From positions 1 through 64,000 of the IMG/VR virus record IMGVR_UViG_3300025645_004731: a DNA stretch of 64,000 nucleotides. One strand, 5' to 3'. Made by a program: the position numbers and the translations under genes. Below, piece after piece: positions 37,971-46,255 of the stretch. Origin of the DNA: a virus. The notes under the pieces are model-generated. The model made no database searches and was not told where the DNA came from. It saw only the letters and a program-made list of their open reading frames with translations. Each line of letters starts with the position of its first letter. Position 1 is the stretch's first letter.

Positions 37971-38396
37971 TTACCCATTACTTTTCTCTGTGGCACACAC
38001 TCGGTGGCGTAAATCACTTGTACTAAATCTGTGATCACGTTTATTGAAGTGTAGATGAATACCGCGTTTGCGACACACATCTTTACCACTAAACTCTTTT
38101 TCCCGATACTCTTCACCTAGAAAACGTATATCAATTTGAAATAGTTCTAGAATGTCGAGTAGATCGGCTTCTGTCTGATATGGAATAATCTCGTCAACAA
38201 ATTTTAGTGCGTTCAGTTGAGCATAACGCTCAACCAAACTTTGTACGGGTTTATTCTTCTCAGCTTTTCTATCTATGGTTGGATCAGTCTGTAATCCAAC
38301 TATAAGATAATCGCAATGCTCTCTGGCTTCACGCAACATCATGACATGACCGGCGTGGAGTAAATCAAAGGCACTACAGGTGAAACCCACTTCCAT
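37971..38396 (-). CDS. Glycerol-3-phosphate cytidylyltransferase (TagD)-like protein
   Basis: FDLLHAGH, KPVQSLVER, RDHRFSTSDLR. Confidence 0.88.
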   Translation of the reverse strand: MEVGFTCSAFDLLHAGHVMMLREAREHCDYLIVGLQTDPTIDRKAEKNKPVQSLVERYAQLNALKFVDEIIPYQTEADLLDILELFQIDIRFLGEEYREKEFSGKDVCRKRGIHLHFNKRDHRFSTSDLRHRVCATEKSNG

Positions 38397-38399
38397 GAG

Positions 38400-39122
38400 T
38401 TAGACCGCTTGAGCAGGGAAAATGTATTCGTATACAGCCATGCCGTTGTCTACATCAATTTGTAGAGCACCCATGTCACTGAATTTCATTTTCTTATCGC
38501 CATTGAGATTAAGTACAGATTGTACTTCCGCAATAGGATACTTCCAGCTTTGCTTTAGTTCGCCACCAACGTCTGCTTGGAATACAAAGTTACCTGTGTG
38601 ACCACTATCGTCACCAAAGTAGAACTTCAGATTGCCTGCTTCTGTTTTAGCAATAAAGACAGTTTCTTCATTGTTAGCTTGGCTTTGGAACTTAAACCGT
38701 GTTTTGCTGGCATCATGTGGTTCGATTTCCACATTCCATGTCGCGCCTTTGAAACGTACTTCTGGAATACGCTGAGTGACCAGGTCACGCGGCATTAAGC
38801 GATAATCGTTTTTGAAGTCGCCCGCAGCATTTTCAAAATGCATACTGAATGGCAATTCTTCGCCGTTGCGTTCACGCTTTTCAATAGCGATGTTAGCGTT
38901 AGTAGCATACTCTGGAATATTCAGAATAATATTGAGTTTGTCAAGATTGGGAAGTCCCAATACGCCAGACAACTCACCAATGGCACTTTTATATGTTGCC
39001 TTTACGATGACTTTGTTATCGTCATCCTTTGCTTCGACAGTTGTGCCGTTTGTGACTTTAACTGCGTCAATATTTCCGACACCTCGTGTATGTTTAACGA
39101 TGTCGAGTAGATATTCTCTCAT
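38400..39122 (-). CDS. Probable DNA polymerase sliding clamp (gp45-like)
   Basis: 240 aa next to polB; C-terminal GALQIDVDNGMAVYEYIFP; call from position and recalled resemblance. Confidence 0.6.
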   Translation of the reverse strand: MREYLLDIVKHTRGVGNIDAVKVTNGTTVEAKDDDNKVIVKATYKSAIGELSGVLGLPNLDKLNIILNIPEYATNANIAIEKRERNGEELPFSMHFENAAGDFKNDYRLMPRDLVTQRIPEVRFKGATWNVEIEPHDASKTRFKFQSQANNEETVFIAKTEAGNLKFYFGDDSGHTGNFVFQADVGGELKQSWKYPIAEVQSVLNLNGDKKMKFSDMGALQIDVDNGMAVYEYIFPAQAV

Positions 39123-39355
39123 GTGATCTTCCTTTTGATAAATTTAATTATGTAACTGCCTTGAGTACGACTTAATCTATATTCTCGTACCTTGGCATTT
39201 GAATGTAACCATATTTCTATTTCTTGTTTAATCAGGCCTTGTCCGCAAATGATTTCACAAGATTTATACTTACTATAATAGCATGTATTCAGGAAGATGT
39301 CAACCTTTTTCCACGCATTATGTAAAGTTAAACCATGTAAATCGAGTTTTTGCAT
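39119..39355 (-). CDS. Stand-alone Smr-domain protein
   Basis: LDLHGLT...EIICGQG...GSY. Confidence 0.8.
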   Translation of the reverse strand: MQKLDLHGLTLHNAWKKVDIFLNTCYYSKYKSCEIICGQGLIKQEIEIWLHSNAKVREYRLSRTQGSYIIKFIKRKIT

Positions 39356-39356
39356 A

Positions 39357-42056
39357 TTAGTTACCAAAGTCAAACAAGCTGGCAAAAGTGGTTTTGTCTT
39401 CTGCCGCACCAAGATCCCAATTCATAACTCCTAGTAAGTTTTCAATCTTCTTGGTGATAATACTTTCTTCCATCAGATCAGTGTCGAATGGAAGTTCTTT
39501 GAACCACGTGGGAATTCTTGTCACATCAGTTGGAATACCGATACTCGTAAATCCCATTGGGTTTTGTTTTAGCTTACACACGATAGTTTTCATGCCATCA
39601 GTAATGTCCATGCTATACATGTCATTGTTGATTTGCTTGAGTCTATTGTAGTTGATAGCTGCTCGGACATGTCCTGGCATATTTGCTTTGCCTTTATAGG
39701 ACGATTTGCCACTCTTCTTATCCTTGTCCCATTCTAGGCTGCCGTAATGTGTTAGCTTATTAACACGCTTTGGGCTTCCCATAGACCAAGGGTCCATACT
39801 TCTGAACTCACTTCTGAATTCAATGATACGATCAATAATCTCACGCTCTTTGCTGCCTGTCAGTGTTTTAAGCAGTATTTCTCCGAGAAAGTCTTGCATA
39901 TATGCTGGCGTATCACTGCGTTTTAGGTCAAGACCCATGGCTTTTACTTTGCCTGGCTTGCCATCAGTATCGGTGCGATAACCTTCGATATCGTATGTGA
40001 GAATTGCGTACTTTTTCTTCTTAACAAAGATACCAGTGAGGGCGCAGATTTCTCTACCCGCGGCAATAATCTCTCCCTGTACAGGATCAAGCACATTGTG
40101 CGCTTCTGCCATGTAAGTTGGAAAAGTTACGTTTGCTTGTTCACATACTTCATCGTAAATCGCTGTAACAGAATCTTTGTCCCATACGATTTCTCCAGAG
40201 TCAATTTGTTCCTTGAAAGCGCCAAACCCACTAAAGTATACGGAGTCAGTATCGCCGTATATGATAGAATCACCCTTGTAATCGTATTTGCCAGTGAATA
40301 GTTCGTTGACCTTGGCAGACATATGACGAGCAATACAGCGACCCGTAAGAGTTGTACTTTGGCCCATGCGCGGATCATTAAATCTACTGCCTGGGTTAAG
40401 TAACGCACCATACAAACTGTTCAAGTTAATCTTTTTAACAAGTTGTAGTTTATCCCAATACGCAAATTTATCTGCGTCAACACCCTGTAACTCTTTGGCT
40501 TGCTTTTGCATAACCTTGCGTTCAGCATACCATCGTTCTAACAATCCAGGAATAATGCCTTTTTTGTTTTGATTAACAATCGTGCCGTTGGCTGTTAATA
40601 CCCATGGCTGGTCACTATTGAAGATGATGTTATAGATTTCTTCTCCGTTAGCCATAAGTTCTTCGCCATTTTCGAAGTCAATCCACAAATCAATATGGGT
40701 ATCTTTTTCTAACACTAGTTCGTATTCTGGACAGGCAAACTTGCCATCCCACGCCTTTGCTGCTTCCCACTTAAAGTCATCTAACATAGGCACGGTTAAT
40801 GTATGACGAATCTGTCCAACAATCGTTTCCGTGCTTAGATTTAGACTTCGCAGAATACTTGGATAAAGACTGTTCAAATCCATTGAGCCAATCCACTCAT
40901 GTCTGCCTTTCTTGGGTGTAGCAACATATGCGCCAGCGGCAGATACAGGCTGTGGATAATACTTTTGTAATTTATCGTGCTGTTTGTCAGGAACAATCAA
41001 TCCGCGACTATGCGCTTCATTAATAATCGCCTGATCAGTAACAGCAACCGCGCCCATTGTTGTCTGAATTAGCACCGTATTATCATGCGCAATAACATTC
41101 GCTAGATCGATAAACTGTAACTTTGCGTCTAGTCTTACTAGAAGATCAACATCCTGGATAGAATAGTCGATAAACTTTTCAAAGTCTTCGTTGTACAGTT
41201 TATCAAGTGAGCCTTCATACTCTACCTTGCGTTCACCAAGTTCATATTCAGAGATAGCATCAAGACTATAGCTGTGCATCTCGTGATATGTGTACTTTTG
41301 ATAAAGCAACATCAAGTCCATATGAAGCCGCCCGATTGTATCAAACGTCTCCTGCTCTTTGCCGAATTTCTCGAATGACCGTTTCTTTGGATACTTGCCC
41401 CATAGACAGAACTTTCGAGTATAATCTTTGCCTAGCACTCGGCCAATACGATTAACCATGTATGGAATATCAAAGCCTTCGCTGTTCCATCCGCTTAGTA
41501 CATCGGCATCGTCAATCAATTCCAGAAATAACTCCAGCATTTCTTCTTCGGTGTCTAGTAGTATAGCGTTTGGAAATCTTCCAGCGATTGTTAGGGCATC
41601 TTCTTTGCCAATGGTATCAGGCTTGATCACTAGACAAATTGTTTTATCTAGCGAGGCAAGATTTATTGAAATTGCTGTTACTTTATTGAACGGATCTTCT
41701 GGAGGAGCAAAGCCTAGCGCCTTGTCATAGTCGACCTCAATATCGAAAAACGCAATGTTTAGTTTTGGTGTTGTTACGCCAAGATAGTTATCAGCCAGGC
41801 ACCGAAATACTGGGTTAATATCACTCTCGAACAATTTCTTGTCTCTGCGCATTTTCTTTTCACGAGCAAAATTCTTGCTGCTGGTACATACAATCTGATC
41901 CAACTTATCGCCAAAAATACTTTCGTATTTCCCACGTGGGTCAGGATAATATAACAGATAACGAGCAGGATAGTCTTTGAAAACTCTCTTGCCGTTAACA
42001 CGTTCTACCACGTGGATAATGTCTTTGTCTTTATCGAGGATTGCATCTACATACAT
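39357..42056 (-). CDS. Family B DNA polymerase (T4 gp43-like)
   Basis: Exo FFDIE, GWNSEGFD; DLNSLYPS, KINLNSLYG, YGDTDS; start ATG 42056. Confidence 0.97.
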   Translation of the reverse strand: MYVDAILDKDKDIIHVVERVNGKRVFKDYPARYLLYYPDPRGKYESIFGDKLDQIVCTSSKNFAREKKMRRDKKLFESDINPVFRCLADNYLGVTTPKLNIAFFDIEVDYDKALGFAPPEDPFNKVTAISINLASLDKTICLVIKPDTIGKEDALTIAGRFPNAILLDTEEEMLELFLELIDDADVLSGWNSEGFDIPYMVNRIGRVLGKDYTRKFCLWGKYPKKRSFEKFGKEQETFDTIGRLHMDLMLLYQKYTYHEMHSYSLDAISEYELGERKVEYEGSLDKLYNEDFEKFIDYSIQDVDLLVRLDAKLQFIDLANVIAHDNTVLIQTTMGAVAVTDQAIINEAHSRGLIVPDKQHDKLQKYYPQPVSAAGAYVATPKKGRHEWIGSMDLNSLYPSILRSLNLSTETIVGQIRHTLTVPMLDDFKWEAAKAWDGKFACPEYELVLEKDTHIDLWIDFENGEELMANGEEIYNIIFNSDQPWVLTANGTIVNQNKKGIIPGLLERWYAERKVMQKQAKELQGVDADKFAYWDKLQLVKKINLNSLYGALLNPGSRFNDPRMGQSTTLTGRCIARHMSAKVNELFTGKYDYKGDSIIYGDTDSVYFSGFGAFKEQIDSGEIVWDKDSVTAIYDEVCEQANVTFPTYMAEAHNVLDPVQGEIIAAGREICALTGIFVKKKKYAILTYDIEGYRTDTDGKPGKVKAMGLDLKRSDTPAYMQDFLGEILLKTLTGSKEREIIDRIIEFRSEFRSMDPWSMGSPKRVNKLTHYGSLEWDKDKKSGKSSYKGKANMPGHVRAAINYNRLKQINNDMYSMDITDGMKTIVCKLKQNPMGFTSIGIPTDVTRIPTWFKELPFDTDLMEESIITKKIENLLGVMNWDLGAAEDKTTFASLFDFGN

Positions 42057-42057
42057 A

Positions 42058-42756
42058 TTAGCTAACAAACGCCCTTTCTTGTACAAACGTACCTTGTGTT
42101 TTCTTATTGCCTTCATTAAATCCTAAGGCATTAAAGTGATCTCGTAGATCATTGTTAAATGATATACTTCCACATAACATTATACGCTGATTGACAGAAT
42201 TGTCAATACTTATTGTGCCGTCTGTCATAAACTGCTGAATACGTCCGTGTAGTTCTGCTGGTTCTTGTGTTACAGTACTAACGTATTCAACGGGCATCTC
42301 ATTTAAGAAATCCCTATAACAATCCTGTTCAGCATGGAGCCTAGTTGTCCACGTAACAGTGACTTTTTCAAACAAGTCGTATACTTCTGGATCTCGCAGT
42401 AAACTAATAAATGGTGTGATACCAGTGCCGCTAGCCATCATTACCAAGTGTCCACCTAGTTCTAGATTAGCAAGTATAAGTGTGCCAGTTGGCTTTTCCC
42501 CTACACGGATAGTCTCTCCAACTTTGACATGTTGTAGTTTACTTGTGAGTGGACCGTCTTGTACTTTGATACTATAAAATTCCAAGTAGTCATCATATGG
42601 ACCACTGGCAATACTGTATGCTCGGTTGGGCGCATCTTCTAGACCAATCATAACAAACTCCCCCGCAGTAAATCTATAACTGCGAGGTCGTTCTGTTCTA
42701 ATTCGAAATAATTTGTCAGTGTAATGCTGGACCTCTATAACTTTTAAGTCTAGCAT
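42058..42756 (-). CDS. fpr: Ferredoxin/flavodoxin-NADP+ reductase
   Basis: GEFVMIGL, RAYSIAS, DGPLTSKL, GTGITPF, MLCGS, ERAFV. Confidence 0.92.
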   Translation of the reverse strand: MLDLKVIEVQHYTDKLFRIRTERPRSYRFTAGEFVMIGLEDAPNRAYSIASGPYDDYLEFYSIKVQDGPLTSKLQHVKVGETIRVGEKPTGTLILANLELGGHLVMMASGTGITPFISLLRDPEVYDLFEKVTVTWTTRLHAEQDCYRDFLNEMPVEYVSTVTQEPAELHGRIQQFMTDGTISIDNSVNQRIMLCGSISFNNDLRDHFNALGFNEGNKKTQGTFVQERAFVS

Positions 42757-43014
42757 TCAATGATCTTTGCCAATCGCAGCAAGCACACTCTCAACTTCGT
42801 CAAAGCCCTCTTGTACTTTGGCAAATTCGTTTTTATAAGCAATACGGATGGCCTTGTTAATCGTTGCAGGCTTCATATCAAGTTCTTCGGCAATTGCCTT
42901 TACTGTGTCAGATAAGCCGCCTTTGAGTGTTTCTAGCTCACCAGTGATTGAAATTCCTTCATTGATGATTTGCTTTAATTTTGTGATTTCGCTGTCGCTG
43001 AATCCTCGTGACAT
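42757..43014 (-). CDS. Small DNA-binding protein (T4 DsbA/GapR-like)
   Basis: LSDTVKAIAEELDMKP..INKAIRIAYK helical pattern. Confidence 0.5.
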   Translation of the reverse strand: MSRGFSDSEITKLKQIINEGISITGELETLKGGLSDTVKAIAEELDMKPATINKAIRIAYKNEFAKVQEGFDEVESVLAAIGKDH

Positions 43015-43049
43015 ATTGTGTAACTCCTATTTGTGTTAATGATACATTC

Positions 43050-43078
43050 ATACTACATTAGTTTAGTTAGTTTGTCAA
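43050..43078 (-). promoter_or_regulatory. sigma70-type promoter of the replication operon
   Basis: TTGACA-17 nt-TAGTAT. Confidence 0.72.
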
Positions 43079-43086
43079 GATAAAAA

Positions 43087-43947
43087 TTAAGAAATCCCCA
43101 TTTTAGCTAATGTAGCGGGTCCAACAATACCGTCAGCAATCAGTCCATTTTCAGCCTGCCAATGCTTCACAGCTCGTTCAGTACCAGGACCAAAATCACC
43201 ATCAGCATCCAGACCTAGAACTTCTTGCATCTTCTTGACGAGACTGCCTTTACTGCCTTTTTTAAGAAGAGTGGTGCCACTTGGAGCAGAATGCCTTGCT
43301 GTTCCTGCTGGCTTCTTTCCAGTGAACAATTCCATAGCGTGTTCCCAGTGTTCCACACGATCTTCCAGTCCGATAGTTCCGCCATTCACTCTTTTGGAAA
43401 GCCTGACAATATCGTTTCTATCGCAGTATTTGTTTAGGTCGTTAGTTTTCCAAAACCAACATGCACTTTCTAGGGCGCCTTCTGGGGTGCGAACATAATC
43501 AGTTGCCTGTTCTGCTCTCATCCTAACAGACTGGCCGAATTGAGTATAATTGTATCTGCCTGTAAGTTGTAGAATACCACCGCCGCGGAATCTCCAACCA
43601 TCTCCGGAATCGGTATCGCCATTGTCCATTCTGCCTGCGTAAATAACATTAGCAATTTTTTCAGGCTGTCTATGATAATCATTAGCATCTCTGCCTGCTC
43701 TGGCAAAGTATTTTGAAAATAAGCTATTAAGCGCCTTAGCACTATAGTTTAGATTTTCAGTCAATACTCGGTAACCATTAGATTCGTGACCAGTCTGAGC
43801 AATAAACCCTGCTACTCTTTCTGGTGTATTAATATCGTATTTTGGAAGAATTTCTACCATGGCATTATGCCATTCGATAGCCATATCTTTCTTCATGTCC
43901 AGAATTTCTGATACCTGTCTTGCCTTAAATTCAAATGTAAAACTCAT
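43087..43947 (-). CDS. GH19-family endolysin with C-terminal peptidoglycan-binding domain
   Basis: FIAQTGHES, ENLNYS, GWRFRGGG.LQLTG, VNGG..GL.DR; DGDFGPGT..AV..WQ...L.ADGIVGP; ATAAATA at 43977-43983. Confidence 0.92.
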   Translation of the reverse strand: MSFTFEFKARQVSEILDMKKDMAIEWHNAMVEILPKYDINTPERVAGFIAQTGHESNGYRVLTENLNYSAKALNSLFSKYFARAGRDANDYHRQPEKIANVIYAGRMDNGDTDSGDGWRFRGGGILQLTGRYNYTQFGQSVRMRAEQATDYVRTPEGALESACWFWKTNDLNKYCDRNDIVRLSKRVNGGTIGLEDRVEHWEHAMELFTGKKPAGTARHSAPSGTTLLKKGSKGSLVKKMQEVLGLDADGDFGPGTERAVKHWQAENGLIADGIVGPATLAKMGIS

Positions 43948-43988
43948 TTTATACTATTCCTTATGTTAGTTGATGTTATTTATTGTGT

Positions 43989-44591
43989 TTATTTGACGAA
44001 TGCGCCAATTCTGCCGTGTATGTCAGGATAATCCCTGTAAGTGTATCCGTCTGGTGGAGTAGTATCATCACCTTCCCATACTGGAATAAAATGATTAATA
44101 CCGCCGATAAAATCCATGTTAGGGCGAAAGTGTATCTCTACTAGTTTATCTACTATATATTCGCAGTTAACCCATGGATAACGACTAGTTGCTACTATAT
44201 CTAGTAGTATTTTGGGAAGAGGTATACTATGCTGTATTCTTCGCCATTCGTCCCATTTGACAAAGGTATCGGTAGTTTTAATACCTTGAACACATAATCG
44301 CTGTATACTCAGATTATAATCTACGCTATAATGTTCGCCTTCGAATACTTCACATCAAAAATGCCCAGTTGGCAAATGGTCGGTATTGTCTTCGATATAG
44401 ATTTTCTGTGTGTCTAATCCTAATCCTAATCCAAGAGCATTGATACATGGTCGAACAATATAATAATCAGGAGCAGGCACAGATGTACCAACTGGTCCAC
44501 AAATATATCCCATTTTACGACTGACAATAAGTTTATCCATTGCCCAAATATCATCAGGGTGTATAGATTTCCATACTTGTTCTTCAGTCAT
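43989..44591 (-). pseudogene. ATP-grasp-like gene (200 codons) with one in-frame TGA at 44355-44357
   Basis: Frame stays open 121 codons past the TGA: GHF*CEVFEGEHYSVDY...NCEYIVDKLVEIHFRPN...IGAFVK*. Confidence 0.7.
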
Positions 44592-44755
44592 TAAAGGCCC
44601 TGTTCGCAGCCACTATCTTGCCACACCCAAGTATCATCATTGGTACTGTTACAATGTTCACATTTACAGTTAACGCATACATCATTACTACATTTGCTAC
44701 ATTCACTGTCACAATGACAGTCACATTTACAATTTTCACATTTACAGTTTGTCAT
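44591..44755 (-). CDS. Cys-rich metallothionein-like peptide (54 aa, 13 Cys; not in ORF track)
   Basis: MTNCKCENCKCDCHCDSECSKCSNDVCVNCKCEHCNSTNDDTWVWQDSGCEQGL; AAGGA RBS; TAATG overlap with the next gene. Confidence 0.8.
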   Translation of the reverse strand: MTNCKCENCKCDCHCDSECSKCSNDVCVNCKCEHCNSTNDDTWVWQDSGCEQGL

Positions 44756-44767
44756 ATTATGTCCTTT

Positions 44768-46255
44768 TTATGTTTTGGTATTGGAGTCTTTGTCACCTTC
44801 GAAGAATGTCGAATCGGTATCTAGTGCGTTTGGAGCAACGCCCTTGCGTCGAACCATGTTATTTTTGTCAACTGGCTTCGCAACACTAGCGATAGAACCA
44901 GAACTAGTTGAACCAGCGCTTGATGTTTCTTCTAGTGGCTTATCATTATTATCTGTGCTGGAATAAAGAGAACTGTATGATTTTCTTATATCATAATCCG
45001 CCACTTTATTAAGCGCCGCGCCTATACCGGCAGCAGCGCCTCTTCCGATTCTGCCTGGGGTTGCTTTAATACTTGCCTTACCAGCCGATACTTTATTCGC
45101 TACCGCAGATTTCGCTCTACTACCAAGACTGGGCTTTTCTGGCTGAGTGGCACTAGGAGGTGTACTAACTTTAACTTTAGTAGGTGTTGTTTTTGTGGAT
45201 GCTTTATTGAGGTCCGCGCCAAGCTCTTTATTGACACTGCCTGTGCTTCCACGTGAGCCATCACTTTTAATAGGCGCCCACATAGCACCCTGGTATTCAT
45301 ACTTTTGACCATTCTTGGTGACTGTCGCGCCTTTTGCTGGTTTGCCTTCGTCTAAATTGCTGTCATCTTTATCGGCAACATCATCATCTTCAACGCCACG
45401 CTTGGCTTTACTGTCATCGATAGCTCTACTCATAATTGAACGCAATCTTTGTTGTGCTCTCATATTGTGACCTGGTTTTGTTTTGGCTTCATCAACCGAA
45501 TCATCTTCTGGCAATTCTGGCAATCTTGAGAATCCACGAGTACTTCCAGTTTTCTGGCCATTTGGTGCGGTTTCAATACTGCCTATATTACTGGATGGTC
45601 TTGCTTTTGGGCGAAGACTTGTCGCAGGAGCACTTGAACCCATTGCTTGACCAACCGCATTGTTAATTGCGTCTTTGTCAACAGCATATTCGTTCACCAC
45701 ACTAGTGACTAACTGAGTAGTACTCATAGTTGGTGCTTCCATAATAGTCAACATACGAACACGAGATTCGTCTTGTTTAATAAGAACTGGATATGCTTCC
45801 ATAACTCTCTTCCAAGTTTTCAATCGTGCCACATCATGAAGATCACGTTCATTCAGATTACGATTAAAGTATTGGTTACTATGCTCTTGCGCAACACTTT
45901 CGCTGATTTGTTTTTTGACAACAATATTGCTTATCATTTTTTGTTCACTAATAACTCTGTATTCGTCTAGTGGAGATTTCCATTCACGTAACACACGCTC
46001 ATATTCTTCGAAAGCACGAGACTTCTCTTGGAGATAAAGAGATTTATCATCAGCATAAAGTCCTGCGTATTCGGTTAGACTGCGATGATACATTGTTTGT
46101 ACTTGATCCCATCCAATAATACCGTGAGCATAGCATTCAAATATGCTGTACATATGTGCCTGAATCATATCGAATTTAGTGTTAGTAATTTCGTAATGTT
46201 CTCTTAGTTTTCTGCTTGCGCTTACTATCTCGTATGCTACTTGAATTGGTGTCAT
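44768..46255 (-). CDS. Hypothetical virion-associated protein
   Basis: 495 aa; LEETSSAGSTSSGSIASV; shares a Y.(Y/F)QG.MWAP.K.DGS.GSTG module with the upstream gene. Confidence 0.75.
   Translation of the reverse strand: MTPIQVAYEIVSASRKLREHYEITNTKFDMIQAHMYSIFECYAHGIIGWDQVQTMYHRSLTEYAGLYADDKSLYLQEKSRAFEEYERVLREWKSPLDEYRVISEQKMISNIVVKKQISESVAQEHSNQYFNRNLNERDLHDVARLKTWKRVMEAYPVLIKQDESRVRMLTIMEAPTMSTTQLVTSVVNEYAVDKDAINNAVGQAMGSSAPATSLRPKARPSSNIGSIETAPNGQKTGSTRGFSRLPELPEDDSVDEAKTKPGHNMRAQQRLRSIMSRAIDDSKAKRGVEDDDVADKDDSNLDEGKPAKGATVTKNGQKYEYQGAMWAPIKSDGSRGSTGSVNKELGADLNKASTKTTPTKVKVSTPPSATQPEKPSLGSRAKSAVANKVSAGKASIKATPGRIGRGAAAGIGAALNKVADYDIRKSYSSLYSSTDNNDKPLEETSSAGSTSSGSIASVAKPVDKNNMVRRKGVAPNALDTDSTFFEGDKDSNTKT

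Noticed and set aside
11717-42056. Introns or inteins in thyA and the DNA polymerase
   Set aside because: Both ORFs are continuous and of normal length, with no intein-like insertion at conserved motifs.
39357-42116. Upstream-extended starts given by the ORF track (polB, Smr, both endonucleases, giant protein and others)
   Set aside because: They overlap neighbouring genes or promoters; downstream starts with an RBS or translational coupling fit better.
44618-44824. 68-aa plus-strand Thr/Phe/Val-rich ORF
   Set aside because: Antisense of the Cys-rich peptide gene, which has the RBS and operon coupling.
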